Source: Herbaspirillum sp. (GTDB lineage: Bacteria; Pseudomonadota; Gammaproteobacteria; Burkholderiales; Burkholderiaceae_D). Taken from it: a DNA stretch of 64,000 bases. Location: NCBI GenBank assembly GCA_036499085.1, contig DASYEK010000116.1, positions 273 through 64,272 of the forward strand, written 5' to 3'. Both the position numbers and the translations under genes were made by a program. The notes beneath the pieces are model-generated. The model was not told the DNA's origin, searched no databases, and saw nothing but the letters and a program-made list of their open reading frames with translations. The first letter of the stretch is position 1. Every line of letters starts with the position of its first letter. Below, in pieces: positions 21,068-31,548 of this stretch.

Positions 21068-23596
21068 TTACCGGGCCTGAACAGGCTGGCGGCGACGGCG
21101 CGCCAGCCAGATCGCGCCGCCGGCAAGCAACAGCAAGGCCGGCGCGCCTGCAATAAATACCCCGCGGCGGTGATCGCGCAGCCAGCGGCCTGCCGCGCGC
21201 CAGGCCTGTACATACGGGAAGCGCGCCGCGGCCCGGAAGTCGGGCTCCGCGCAAGCCGCGCCGAAATCCTTTGCAAAAGGCACCAATGCGCCTTCCTTGA
21301 CATAGCGCCGATACAGTTTGCTCGCGTCTTCGCCGAAGTCGAATCCCGCGCCTTTGCATAGTACCGCCGCGAAGGCCTGGGAGCGGGGCGGCAGCAGATC
21401 GGCCGCATGTGTAATGTGATCCACCGCCAGATCACGATAGTGATAACGAAAATTCGGCCTGGATTCGCTGGCCGCATAGCGCCGCCGTTCTTCGTCGGTG
21501 ACAAACGGCCCCGGCAGTTCCTGGGCCGCGCGCGCCTGCGGCGTTTCCCGTTCCGCATCGACCGATCGGCTGCGGCCGATGCCATAGTCGAACGCGCCGT
21601 CGAAAGCGGCAAAATCGGGCGACTGTTCATAGCCCATGATCTGCATGCCGCGCCGCCTCGCCAGGACGGCCGCCTGGTACCAGCCTTGGGCGCGGGTGGC
21701 GGAACGCCAGGCATGCCGCGCCTGGTCGAGCGCGGCGCCATATGCCCTGGCCGATGCGCGCAGGCGCCACGTCGCCAGGGTAACCTTGCCGTCTTCAAGC
21801 GTGCTGTCGATATAGCGCGGATCGTTGTCGTCCGGGAAATAAGGCAGGGCTTCGGCTATCCGCTCTTCCCTGACCAGCTTGCGGGCCAGCAGCAGGCGCA
21901 ACCGGTCGGCGATTTTCTGGGGATGCAGTTGCATCCAGTCGCTGCGCTGCGCCGGCGTCATCGCGGCAATATCGGGCGGCAGGACCGGCACGCTTGGCCG
22001 CACATTCGCATCGACATAATTCTTCAATTCATTTGTGGTGAGCACGCGTTCGGCGACGTAAAAGGCGTCGCCGCTATATTCGCCATACACGCTGCGGCGC
22101 GTGAGGTCGGCATCGACGCTGGCCGCGGCCGCATACAACTGATCGAGCGCCTCCACATATTGGCCGCGCGAGAGCGTCAGCACGCCTTGCTCCGCTTTCA
22201 GCAGCGAGGCGCTGGCAGGCTCCAGGCTGGTATCGGCTTGCGGAAAGGCCCTGGATGCCTGCGCATAGGCATCGGCCGCCGCTGCGATATCGCCGCGCCT
22301 CAGGGCCAGCTTGGCGCGGACCCAGCTCGACAGCGCGCTGGACTGCTTGTCGATCAGCGCTTGCGCCAGGTCGTAGCGGCCGATCCGATAGGCCAGCGCC
22401 GCCAGGCGATCGGCATCGGCAACGTGGTCGATGCCGCGCCGTTGCAGCGCGGCGGCCAGGGATTGCAATATCGGATTCGGTTTCAGGTCTTCGCCGCCGC
22501 GGCCGCTTTTTTCACCCCGGGCCGCATCGATATAGCCGGTGCGGCCCATCGGCTGTTCGCCGAAAGAAAGGGCAGTCGCCGGATCGTCATGCGCCACATC
22601 GCCCACGCGCGCCAATGCATATGCCACCAACACCCGTTGCGCCAGCGGATCGTCGATCATCCGGGCGATGCGCGCCTCGTCGTCCAGGATCCAGGCCGCG
22701 ATGTAGCGCAACGACGCCAGGCCGCTGACCGAACCGTGCGCGGCCTGTTCGATGTAGAGATGCATGGCCTGTTTCAGGTCGTCCGGCGCGATGCCTTCGG
22801 CGCAGGGCGCGGCATTGATGAAATCGCGATAGCTGCATGGCGTCCCGTCCTGCCGCAGATAAAGGCGGGCCTGTTCGCCGAAGCTGGCCACCGCCAGGCC
22901 CTGGACGTCGGAAGCGCCGGCATTGGCGCGGGTGCGCGCCAGCGCATAGGCGCGTATGGCATCGGCGCGCCGGTTTTTTGCTTCTGCGTCGCTGTTGGCG
23001 GACTGCATGGCGTTGGCATAGCCTTGGCCCAGCATGTAGGCGGCCCAGACCGACCGCGGGCCGCCTTCCGCGGCCGGCAAGGCCAGCACGGCCTGGAAGC
23101 GGCGTTGCGCCCGGGCGGCTTGCGCCATGTCGAGCGGCGCCAGCGGCACGATCCTTTCGGACTTCGGCGAGGCAGCCGCGTAATCGACGGCGCCGGCGGT
23201 GTACAGGCGCACGGCCATCGGCAAGCCGTCTCCCACGGCATAGGCCTGGTCGCCATCGGCCGCCTGGCGCATCGCCTTGATGGCGTCGAGCTGCGCGGCG
23301 CTCAGGGCGATATCCCGCGGTTGGCCTGGTCCGGAGGTTGCCGAGGCCGAATCCGGCGGCTCCACGGTCCCGGCCTCGAACGGGTCGTAGTCGGTTTCCC
23401 TGGCCGCCAGGCGATCGGACACGGGCATCAGATGCGCCACCTCAAATGCAAACGAATTGACCGGCGTGCTTTTCAGCGTGCCGGCCCGGTCGTCGAGCGC
23501 CTGCATCCAGAAATCCGGGCCGCAAGCCAGGACAGCGATGGCGCTGGCGCCGGCTGCTGCCGCGATGAACAGCGCCAGGTGTTTACGATTGAACAT
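21068..23596 (-). CDS. Large secreted alpha-helical (TPR-like) protein with C-terminal membrane anchor
   Basis: Signal peptide ending ACGPDF; repeated A-rich helices (AAYMLG, WVRAKLALRRG, YVAERVLT); C-terminal hydrophobic stretch followed by RRRR. Confidence 0.75.
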   Translation of the reverse strand: MFNRKHLALFIAAAAGASAIAVLACGPDFWMQALDDRAGTLKSTPVNSFAFEVAHLMPVSDRLAARETDYDPFEAGTVEPPDSASATSGPGQPRDIALSAAQLDAIKAMRQAADGDQAYAVGDGLPMAVRLYTAGAVDYAAASPKSERIVPLAPLDMAQAARAQRRFQAVLALPAAEGGPRSVWAAYMLGQGYANAMQSANSDAEAKNRRADAIRAYALARTRANAGASDVQGLAVASFGEQARLYLRQDGTPCSYRDFINAAPCAEGIAPDDLKQAMHLYIEQAAHGSVSGLASLRYIAAWILDDEARIARMIDDPLAQRVLVAYALARVGDVAHDDPATALSFGEQPMGRTGYIDAARGEKSGRGGEDLKPNPILQSLAAALQRRGIDHVADADRLAALAYRIGRYDLAQALIDKQSSALSSWVRAKLALRRGDIAAAADAYAQASRAFPQADTSLEPASASLLKAEQGVLTLSRGQYVEALDQLYAAAASVDADLTRRSVYGEYSGDAFYVAERVLTTNELKNYVDANVRPSVPVLPPDIAAMTPAQRSDWMQLHPQKIADRLRLLLARKLVREERIAEALPYFPDDNDPRYIDSTLEDGKVTLATWRLRASARAYGAALDQARHAWRSATRAQGWYQAAVLARRRGMQIMGYEQSPDFAAFDGAFDYGIGRSRSVDAERETPQARAAQELPGPFVTDEERRRYAASESRPNFRYHYRDLAVDHITHAADLLPPRSQAFAAVLCKGAGFDFGEDASKLYRRYVKEGALVPFAKDFGAACAEPDFRAAARFPYVQAWRAAGRWLRDHRRGVFIAGAPALLLLAGGAIWLARRRRQPVQAR

Positions 23597-24926
23597 GAAA
23601 GGTAATCTCTTCTCGAGGACAAACAAGCCAGCCGATACGGCGCTGGCGTCCCGCACGCAGTAATCCGTCCTGCGTGCGCCGCAGATACATGCCTTGCGCA
23701 TCTGTTTCGAGCGCATAGCCGTTGATGCCGTCGCCGTTCCTGCAGCGGCCGTCCAGCCTTATCGACAACGGCAGTGCCGTATCGGCGCCGCCGGTATTCA
23801 CCAGGATCACATCCCGCAGGGCCGGGTTGGCCTGGCCGGCATCGGCTTGCGCCACGACAGTCACGCCGGCCTGCAAGGGCTGCCGCGCCAGGACCGCGCG
23901 CCAGGTCGGCAGGCTCCAGGCGCGCGCATCGTCCGTGGTCGGCAGGCGGAACCAGACGATGCCTGCCATGCCGCGCGGACGATCGCGTTCGATTTGCGAA
24001 ACGAAGGCCGCCATGGCTGCCGGCTGCGCCACCAGTTCGCTCGCGGCAGCCGATCCCGCGGTCGTCAATGTCGGGCGTTCGCTCTCGATGCCGGCGATAT
24101 TGCCGTTGGCATCCCAGGCCACGCGCGTGCCGTAGGTCGGCAACGCCACCCGCCAGGGACGATCGGTATGTTCGGCAAAGGCGGCCAGCCATGCCCGCGC
24201 GCGTTTGGCGTCGAACAGCCCTTGCCGGGGATTCAATACGGCATGCACTTGCAGCACGGACTCGTCGGCGGCGGCAAGCAGGCTGTCGAGTACCGGGCTT
24301 TCCAGCCAGGTGGGCAGGGCGGTGATGGAAAGCTTGGTAGCCGGCGGCAACTGCTTTCTCAAGGCAATGAGGAAATGCGCATAGGCCGGCAGGCGGGCGG
24401 TGGCGCAGTCGTGATCGATTTCCACGCCCGCGATCGGCACGCCGGCCTGTCGCCAGCGTTTTATCGCGGCATCGATTTGTGCGATCGGGGCCGCTTCCGA
24501 AGCTGATTCTAAAGCCGATCCTGAAGCCGACGTTGAAGCCGACCTTGAAGCCGATCCCCGCAGTTCGTCCAGTTGGCCGTTGATGCGCACCACCATGATG
24601 ACAGGGCGCTTGTCCGCTATCAGCGCGTTCCAGTCCGGCGTGATCCCCGTCCAGCGATCGGCGCCATCCAATTCGGCGGCCAGCACGCGCCATGCGCCCA
24701 CCAGGCCGTCGCTGGCCTGCATCGCCTGCGGTACGGCCGGGGTCCAACGGCGTTGCCAGATATAGGCGTCCTGTTTCAGCGGCGTAGGCGTCTCCGATGG
24801 CGCGCAAGCACTGAGCAGGCAGCAGGCCAGGGCCAGGAATACGCATGGCCGCCAGGTCGATGCCGGAAGCCGCCGCAGGCTGGACGCTGCATCGTGACCA
24901 TGGGAACGGCGTTCGCTGGCATGCAT
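23583..24926 (-). CDS. DUF3142 domain lipoprotein
   Basis: LSAC lipobox, QDAYIWQRRW, GVEIDHDCATARL, SITALPTW, VLQVHAV, WFRLP; overlaps downstream gene by 14 nt. Confidence 0.8.
   Translation of the reverse strand: MHASERRSHGHDAASSLRRLPASTWRPCVFLALACCLLSACAPSETPTPLKQDAYIWQRRWTPAVPQAMQASDGLVGAWRVLAAELDGADRWTGITPDWNALIADKRPVIMVVRINGQLDELRGSASRSASTSASGSALESASEAAPIAQIDAAIKRWRQAGVPIAGVEIDHDCATARLPAYAHFLIALRKQLPPATKLSITALPTWLESPVLDSLLAAADESVLQVHAVLNPRQGLFDAKRARAWLAAFAEHTDRPWRVALPTYGTRVAWDANGNIAGIESERPTLTTAGSAAASELVAQPAAMAAFVSQIERDRPRGMAGIVWFRLPTTDDARAWSLPTWRAVLARQPLQAGVTVVAQADAGQANPALRDVILVNTGGADTALPLSIRLDGRCRNGDGINGYALETDAQGMYLRRTQDGLLRAGRQRRIGWLVCPREEITFHVQS
24499..24558. repeat. Five 12-nt tandem units (GAAGCCGAxxxT) encoding a Ser/Ala-rich insertion
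   Basis: gaagctgattct aaagccgatcct gaagccgacgtt gaagccgacctt gaagccgatccc. Confidence 0.8.
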
Positions 24927-25118
24927 GGGGATGATTTTGTTGTCTTGCCGGGGCAGGATGTTGTTGTCATGGGATTTTACCGAGATTTCCCGGATTATCG
25001 ATGTCTCGGAGTGCTATATTTCCTTCCAGCGATTCGAACCGGATAGCCTGATCGCTGGCAAGCTGGAAGTGCCGCAACCGAGATGCATCGGATCTGATAA
25101 CGCATAAGGAGCAACGTC

Positions 25119-25880
25119 ATGCGCGCAGCAATAAAAATAGCAACGGCCACCGCCCTGGCATTGGCGATGAGCGGCGCCTTGGCCGCGGACCTGGTTGCAT
25201 TCTCGGCCGCGGCGGTCAAGTCTTCCCTGGCCGACCTGCCAAAGGCATTCCTGGCGAAAACCGGAAAAATCGTCCATTTCGAATACGCTACCGCCGGGGC
25301 GATGCGGGACAAGGCGCTGCAAGGCGCCAGTTTCGACGTGATCGTCTTGACGCCATCGGCCATGAAAGAATTGGAAGCCAAGTCGCTGGTGGATGCCAAA
25401 TCCCGGTTGACCCTCGGGACAACAAGCCTGGGCGCCGGCGTGGCGAAGGGGCATCCGGCGCTGGACATCGGCAACGTCGAGGGTTTAAAAAAGGCCTTGC
25501 TGTCGGCAACTTCCATCGGCATCGCCGATCCGGCGCGCGGCGCCACCACAGGCATCTATCTGGCCGGGCTCTTTGAAAAGCTGGGACTTGGCGATCGACT
25601 CAAGAACAAGGTCAAGGTTTTCCCCGACGGGCAAAATGCCATGGAAGCGGCAGCCAAGGGGGAAGTCGACATCGCGATCGGACAAGTCAGCGAGGCGGCG
25701 CCGGTGAAGACGCTCGGCGCGTTAACCTTCCTCCCTGACGACGTGCAGCTGCGTACGGTCTATGTTGCGGCCATTGCGGCGAAAGCGCCGAATCCGGAAG
25801 CGGCGGCCATGCTGCTGGACGTCATCAAGTCCGCGCCTATCCAGAAGGCCCTTCGGGCCAATGGGTTTGCCACGCCTTGA
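25119..25880 (+). CDS. ModA-like molybdate/anion substrate-binding protein (orphan)
   Basis: Signal peptide, FSAAAVK, IGIADPARGATTG, GEVDIAIGQVSE; no permease adjacent. Confidence 0.75.
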   Translation: MRAAIKIATATALALAMSGALAADLVAFSAAAVKSSLADLPKAFLAKTGKIVHFEYATAGAMRDKALQGASFDVIVLTPSAMKELEAKSLVDAKSRLTLGTTSLGAGVAKGHPALDIGNVEGLKKALLSATSIGIADPARGATTGIYLAGLFEKLGLGDRLKNKVKVFPDGQNAMEAAAKGEVDIAIGQVSEAAPVKTLGALTFLPDDVQLRTVYVAAIAAKAPNPEAAAMLLDVIKSAPIQKALRANGFATP

Positions 25881-25939
25881 TGAATGCCCGGCCAGGATAA
25901 CGTTGACCTGAAAACCTAGCGCAAAACAAAAGGGGCCCC

Positions 25940-26515
25940 ATGAAAAAGAATCGCCTCGAAGCCTTCAGCGACGGCGTGATCGCCATCATTATCACCATCA
26001 TGGTGCTCAACCTGAAAGCGCCGGCCGGGCATGACCTGGCGGCGCTGCTGGAAGTGATGCCGACCTTGTGCGGCTATGTGCTCAGCTTCGTCTATGTCGG
26101 GATCTACTGGAACAACCACCATCATCTGCTGCAGGCGGTCGGCCGGATCAACGGCCTGGCGCTGTGGGCCAATCTGCATCTGCTGTTCTGGCTGTCGCTG
26201 ATTCCGTTTTCAACGGAATGGATGGGGCATGATTACCAGGGGGCGATGGCGGTGGCCGTGTACGGCTTCATCTTGATGGCGTGCGGCATCGCGTTCGACA
26301 TCCTGGCGCGCGTGCTGCGGCATGCGAACCAGCATGAAACCACGCTGGCCGACCTGTCCGCGGTCAGCCCCAAGGCGCTGGCGTCCATGGCGGCCTATGC
26401 GACGGCCATCGTGCTGGCGTTCTTCTGGCCGGCCCTGTCGCTGGCTTTGTATATTGTGGGCGCGGCACTGTGGATCGTGCCGGACCGGCGCATTGAAAAG
26501 ACCTTGACCGAGTAG
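25940..26515 (+). CDS. TMEM175 family K+ channel (DUF1211)
   Basis: RLEAFSDGVIAIIITIMVL signature, YWNNHH. Confidence 0.9.
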   Translation: MKKNRLEAFSDGVIAIIITIMVLNLKAPAGHDLAALLEVMPTLCGYVLSFVYVGIYWNNHHHLLQAVGRINGLALWANLHLLFWLSLIPFSTEWMGHDYQGAMAVAVYGFILMACGIAFDILARVLRHANQHETTLADLSAVSPKALASMAAYATAIVLAFFWPALSLALYIVGAALWIVPDRRIEKTLTE

Positions 26516-26617
26516 ATAACGGGCCTGGCGCGCCGGCGTCCATGCCGGCATGCGGATCCGGGTTCGCGGCCGGGGTCATGCATTCGAACCAGGCCCGAAC
26601 CCGGGCGTGACGCCGCT

Positions 26618-28480
26618 TCAGCGCTTCAGTTGCGCCAGGTCGCGCACCGCGCCGCGGTCGGCCGAGGTGGTCAGCGCGGCATAAGCCTGCAAGGCCTGCG
26701 AAACGTAGCGCTCGCGCTGCACCGGCTGCCAGGCGTCCTGACCCAGCGCTTCCATCTTGGCGCGGCGATGCGCCAGGGCTTCGGCGTCCACGCGCAGGTT
26801 GATGGTGCGCGCCGGGATGTCGATGTCGATCAGGTCGCCTTCTTCCACCAGGCCGATCGCGCCGCCTTCCGCCGCTTCCGGCGAAGCATGGCCGATCACC
26901 AGGCCGGAAGAACCGCCGGAAAAGCGGCCGTCCGTGAACAGTGCGCAGGCCTTGCCGAGTCCCTTCGACTTGATATACGAGGTCGGATACAGCATCTCCT
27001 GCATGCCCGGCCCGCCCTTTGGGCCTTCGTAGCGGATGATGACGACATCGCCCGCATGCACGGTATCGCCGAGGATCGCTTCCACCGCCGCGTCCTGGCT
27101 TTCGAACACGCGCGCCTTGCCGGAGAATTTCAGGATGCTTTCATCCACGCCGGCGGTCTTCACGATGCAGCCCTTTTCGGCGATGTTGCCGTACAGGACC
27201 GCCAGGCCGCCATCCTGCGAATAGGCGTGTTCGCGGTCGCGGATGCAGCCGGCGCTGCGGTCGAGGTCGTTCTGTTCGTAACGTTCGGATTGCGAGAACG
27301 CCACCTGCGTCGGCACGCCGCCCGGCGCGGCGCGGAACCACTGATGCACGGCCGCATCCTTGCTGCGGACGATGTCGTATTGCTCGATCGCCTCGCCCAT
27401 GGTCGGCGTGTGCACGGTCGGCAGCGAGGTGTCCAGCAGGCCGGCGCGCGCCAGTTCGCCCAGGATCGAGAAGATGCCGCCGGCGCGGTGCACGTCTTCG
27501 ATATGGAATTTGTCGGTCATCGGCGCCACCTTGCACAGGCAAGGCACCTTGCGCGAGATGCGGTCGATGTCGGCCATCTTGAATTCCACCTGCGCTTCGT
27601 GCGCGGCGGCCAGCAGGTGCAGCACGGTATTGGTGGAACCGCCCATCGAGACATCCAGCGCCATCGCGTTTTCGAACGCGGCCTTGGTGGCGATGCTGCG
27701 CGGCAGGACCGAGTAATCGTCCTGTTCGTAATGGCGCTTGGCCAGTTCGACGATCAGGCGGCCGGCGCGCAGGAACAGTTCCTTGCGATCCGCATGCGTG
27801 GCCACGATGGTGCCGTTGCCGGGCAAGGCCAGGCCCAATGCCTCGGTCAGGCAGTTCATCGAGTTCGCCGTGAACATGCCGGAGCACGAACCGCAGGTAG
27901 GGCATGCCGAGCGTTCGATTTCCGCCACGTCCGCATCGGACACGCTGCTGTCGCCGGCCTTGACCATCGCGTCGATCAGGTCCAGCTTGATGATTTTCTG
28001 GGCGCCGTCGACCACCTTCAGGACCTTGCCGGCTTCCATCGGGCCGCCCGAGACGAACACCACGGGAATATTCAGGCGCATAGCGGCCATCAGCATGCCG
28101 GGCGTAATCTTGTCGCAATTCGAGATGCAGACCATCGCATCGGCGCAATGCGCGTTGACCATGTATTCGACCGAGTCGGCGATCAGGTCGCGCGACGGCA
28201 GCGAATACAGCATGCCGCCGTGGCCCATGGCGATGCCGTCATCGACGGCGATGGTGTTGAATTCCTTGGCGACGCCGCCGGCGGCTTCGATCTCGCGCGC
28301 CACCATCTGGCCCAGGTCCTTCAGATGCACGTGTCCAGGCACGAACTGGGTGAAGGAATTGACGACGGCGATGATCGGCTTGTCGAAATCGCCGTCCTTC
28401 ATGCCGGTGGCGCGCCAGAGCGCGCGGGCGCCGGCCATGTTGCGGCCTTGGGTGGTGGTGTGGGAACGATAGGTCGGCAT
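26618..28480 (-). CDS. ilvD: Dihydroxy-acid dehydratase
   Basis: [67 protein letters not shown]. Confidence 0.98.
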   Translation of the reverse strand: MPTYRSHTTTQGRNMAGARALWRATGMKDGDFDKPIIAVVNSFTQFVPGHVHLKDLGQMVAREIEAAGGVAKEFNTIAVDDGIAMGHGGMLYSLPSRDLIADSVEYMVNAHCADAMVCISNCDKITPGMLMAAMRLNIPVVFVSGGPMEAGKVLKVVDGAQKIIKLDLIDAMVKAGDSSVSDADVAEIERSACPTCGSCSGMFTANSMNCLTEALGLALPGNGTIVATHADRKELFLRAGRLIVELAKRHYEQDDYSVLPRSIATKAAFENAMALDVSMGGSTNTVLHLLAAAHEAQVEFKMADIDRISRKVPCLCKVAPMTDKFHIEDVHRAGGIFSILGELARAGLLDTSLPTVHTPTMGEAIEQYDIVRSKDAAVHQWFRAAPGGVPTQVAFSQSERYEQNDLDRSAGCIRDREHAYSQDGGLAVLYGNIAEKGCIVKTAGVDESILKFSGKARVFESQDAAVEAILGDTVHAGDVVIIRYEGPKGGPGMQEMLYPTSYIKSKGLGKACALFTDGRFSGGSSGLVIGHASPEAAEGGAIGLVEEGDLIDIDIPARTINLRVDAEALAHRRAKMEALGQDAWQPVQRERYVSQALQAYAALTTSADRGAVRDLAQLKR

Positions 28481-28781
28481 GCTGGGTGTCTCCTCAGGGC
28501 GGCATATGAATGGGAACGCTAGAGTGCCGCATGGGCAGTGAGTTGTCCAATATATAATTCGATGGTCTGTAATTCGATTTGGATATTACTGGAAAAGGCC
28601 AAAAAGAAGGCCGGGAGGCCGGAAGGGCGGGAAGGCCGATCCGGCCGGTACCTGCATTCGCGCCGCAGGCAAATATCGGATAATAGAATAGAAGAGGCTG
28701 CCGCCCAGCCATGGACCCGGCCGCCGATTGCAGATACAAAGAAAGAATCAGAGAATTTTTACCCTATCCCAGGACACCGCC

Positions 28782-29267
28782 ATGATGAAAACCCTGCTTG
28801 CATTCGCCGCTGTGGCGGCCGTCGGCTTGATTGCCGCCGCCTCGGGCGCGCGCGCCGAAACCGTCGGCGACGTGTCGACCACTTTCCGCTGGATAGGCGC
28901 CAACAACAAGATCGTCGTCGATGTATTCGACGATCCCAAGGTCGGCGGCATATCCTGCTATCTGTCGCATGCGAAGACCGGCGGGGTCAAGGGTTCGCTC
29001 GGCATCGCCGAGGACACCGCCGACGCCGCCGTGGCTTGCCGGCAAGTGGGGCCGATCGTTTTCACCGGCGTTTTGCCGCAAGAGGAAGAAGTGTTCTCGG
29101 AACGCTCCTCGTTCCTGTTCAAGCATGTGCGCGTAGTGCGCATGGCGGACAAAAAACGCAATACGCTGGTGTATCTGGTGTACTCTGATCGGGTGATCGA
29201 CGGCAGTCCGAAAAACAGCATTACGGCGGTTCCGGTGCCTGCCAATCAGCCGCTGCCGGTGAAATGA
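28782..29267 (+). CDS. creA: CreA family protein
   Basis: FDDPKVGGISCYLS...AEDTADAAVACRQVGP, LVYLVYSDRVIDGSPKNS. Confidence 0.9.
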   Translation: MMKTLLAFAAVAAVGLIAAASGARAETVGDVSTTFRWIGANNKIVVDVFDDPKVGGISCYLSHAKTGGVKGSLGIAEDTADAAVACRQVGPIVFTGVLPQEEEVFSERSSFLFKHVRVVRMADKKRNTLVYLVYSDRVIDGSPKNSITAVPVPANQPLPVK

Positions 29268-29310
29268 TCTTCGCTATGTTCGCTGTCTTGCAGGAAAGAG
29301 GAAGGATGCA

Positions 29311-30411
29311 ATGAAGCTGACCCTGGTGGTTTTCGACGGCGTGCAAGCGCTTGACGTGGCTGGCCCCCTGGACGTGTTCGCGGAGGCGAATCTCCTGCTG
29401 CCCAAAAAAGACCATTATGAGATTACGCTCGTCGGCGAGCGGCCCGGCAGCGTCATGTGCTCCAGCGGCATGGAGTTCAAGGTGCATTACGATTACGCGA
29501 ATTTCCATTCGGAAAGCGACCTGCTGCTGGTCGCCGGCGGGCCGCGGGTGCCGGAATATCGGCCCGATCCGGCATTCCTGGCCTGGCTCAACCGGCGCGT
29601 GCAGGACACCAGCAGGTTCGGCGCCGTCTGCAATGGCGTGTTCTTGCTGGGGCATGCGGGACTGCTGGCGGGCCGCGAAATCACGACGCACTGGGACCAT
29701 GCCGAGCGGCTTTCCAGGCAGTTCCCCGATTCGACCGTGCGGCCGGACAAGATATTCGTGCGCGACGGCAATCTCTTCACCTGCGGCGGCGTCACCGCCG
29801 GCATCGACCTTTGCCTGGCGCTGGTCGCCGAGGATTGGGGGCATGAACTGGCGGTGAAGGTCGCCAAGCGCCTGATCGTATACATCCGCCGCGACGGCGG
29901 GCAATCGCAATACAGCCCTTATCTGGCGGTCGGCCCGGACGAGGACTCCCTGGTCGCCAAGGTCTTGAAGTATGTGACCGATCATATCGGCGACGCCTTG
30001 ACCATCGAGGAAATTGCCGATGCGGTCGGGGTCAGCCGGCGCACCTTCTCGCGCGCGTTCGCCAAACATGCGAACGTGACGCCGTCGGTGTTCGTGGAGC
30101 AGGTCCGTATCGATTTCGCGCGCAAGCTGCTGGAAGAAACCGATGTGCCGCTGAAGACGGTCGCGTTCCGCTGCGGGTTTCATAACGCGACCCAGATGCG
30201 GATGATTTTCTCGCGCCGGCTGAGCACTACGCCCAAGCTCTACCGGGAGCGTTTCCATGCCGACGACCTGCCTCGCGCGGACGCCGCAAGTCCGCGCAAC
30301 AAGCTGTTGCGGCCGGCGGCCAAGTCCATGCCCAGGCTCGCGCCCGAGCCGATGCCCGCCCTCACGCTGGTTCCCCCGGCGCTGATCAAGCAATCGCAGG
30401 GCGGCCGGTAA
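29311..30411 (+). CDS. GlxA-family AraC regulator (DJ-1/PfpI + HTH)
   Basis: LDVAGPLDVF, AVCNG, TTHW, TCGGVTAGIDL, RRDGGQSQY, C-terminal AraC HTH. Confidence 0.9.
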   Translation: MKLTLVVFDGVQALDVAGPLDVFAEANLLLPKKDHYEITLVGERPGSVMCSSGMEFKVHYDYANFHSESDLLLVAGGPRVPEYRPDPAFLAWLNRRVQDTSRFGAVCNGVFLLGHAGLLAGREITTHWDHAERLSRQFPDSTVRPDKIFVRDGNLFTCGGVTAGIDLCLALVAEDWGHELAVKVAKRLIVYIRRDGGQSQYSPYLAVGPDEDSLVAKVLKYVTDHIGDALTIEEIADAVGVSRRTFSRAFAKHANVTPSVFVEQVRIDFARKLLEETDVPLKTVAFRCGFHNATQMRMIFSRRLSTTPKLYRERFHADDLPRADAASPRNKLLRPAAKSMPRLAPEPMPALTLVPPALIKQSQGGR

Positions 30412-31330
30412 CGGTAGATGCCAGCCGCGTGTTCCCATTCGCATCGAACACTTCGATCATCCATTCGACAAACACCCGCACGCGCGTGCTCAGGTGCCGG
30501 TTGGGCGAATAGATAATCGACACCGGCACCGGCGCGGACGACCAATCCGCGAGCAGCGGCACCAGATGGCCGCTATCGATATGCGGCTGCGCGCCGAACG
30601 CCAGCGTATGCACGATTCCCAGTCCCGCCAGGCCCGCAGCCAGCGCCGCATTTGCATCGTTGACCGCCAGGAAATGCCGGCCCTTGACGGTGTGTCGTTG
30701 CTCGCCCGACGCCAGCTCGATCGGCAATTGCCGGCCCGAACCCGCAAAGAAATAACGCACCAGCGCATGCCCTTGTTCCAGGTCGGCCGGGTGCGCCGGC
30801 GTGCCGTGGCGTTGCAGGTATAGCGGCGCGGCGCACAACACGAACGGCAGGTCGCCGACATGCCGTGCGATCAGCGAAGGATCGGCCGGCCGGCCGCCGC
30901 GCACCACGCAATCGATGCCGTCGCTGATCAGGTCGGCCGGGCGGTCGCTGACGCCGATATCGAGCTGCAATTCGGGATAGCGGGCGTGGAATGCGGGCAA
31001 TGCCGGAATCACCAATTGGGTCGCCATCAGCGATCCCATATCCACCCGCAATTTTCCGCGCGGCCGGGTTTGCGTGCTGGCCAGTTCGGATTCGACCTCC
31101 TGCCATTCCTCGACCAGTCGCGACATGCGCTGATAATAGGCGGCGCCGTCGGCGGTCGGCGAGACCCGGCGCGTGGTGCGGTTCAGCAGCTTGGTGCGCA
31201 GATGCGCTTCCAGCGACTGCACCAGCTTGGTCACGGTATTGCGCGGCAGGTGCAGCGAGTCCGACGCCTTGGTGAAGCTGCCGGTTTCGATCACGCGAAT
31301 GAAGGCGCGCACGGCGGTGAAATAGTCCAT
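30386..31330 (-). CDS. LysR-family regulator (CrgA/DmlR-like)
   Basis: MDYFTAVRAF...GSFTKAS...LLNRTTRRVSPT, EGIDCVVR; divergent from quinone oxidoreductase. Confidence 0.92.
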   Translation of the reverse strand: MDYFTAVRAFIRVIETGSFTKASDSLHLPRNTVTKLVQSLEAHLRTKLLNRTTRRVSPTADGAAYYQRMSRLVEEWQEVESELASTQTRPRGKLRVDMGSLMATQLVIPALPAFHARYPELQLDIGVSDRPADLISDGIDCVVRGGRPADPSLIARHVGDLPFVLCAAPLYLQRHGTPAHPADLEQGHALVRYFFAGSGRQLPIELASGEQRHTVKGRHFLAVNDANAALAAGLAGLGIVHTLAFGAQPHIDSGHLVPLLADWSSAPVPVSIIYSPNRHLSTRVRVFVEWMIEVFDANGNTRLASTVTGRPAIA

Positions 31331-31353
31331 GGGGTTCCCAATGGTTATCCGAA

Positions 31354-31415
31354 TGCATGGGCCTGCATTCGCTTGCATGGCCTTGCATAATTTGCATGGT
31401 TTGCATGGTTTGCAA
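31354..31415. repeat. Phased TGCAT repeats in LysR/qor divergent promoter
   Basis: TGCA(T) starts at 31354, 31364, 31374, 31384, 31393, 31402, 31411. Confidence 0.7.
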
Positions 31416-31548
31416 ATTTGCTTCGATTATCGCCAATTTAGGAACACTGGTGCATTAAATAAGCTGTTTATCATCAATTCATCGCTATATAGACTGTTTC
31501 TCAGGGCGGATTCGGGCGAATCCTTGCCGATCAAACAGGAGAAATGCG

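Noticed and set aside
21407-23605. 732-aa plus-strand ORF (and similar long ORFs such as 26630-28522, 2054-3841, 47587-48936)
   Set aside because: Antisense or alternate-frame shadows of well-supported genes in GC-rich DNA; Arg/Gly/Ala-rich, with no family motifs
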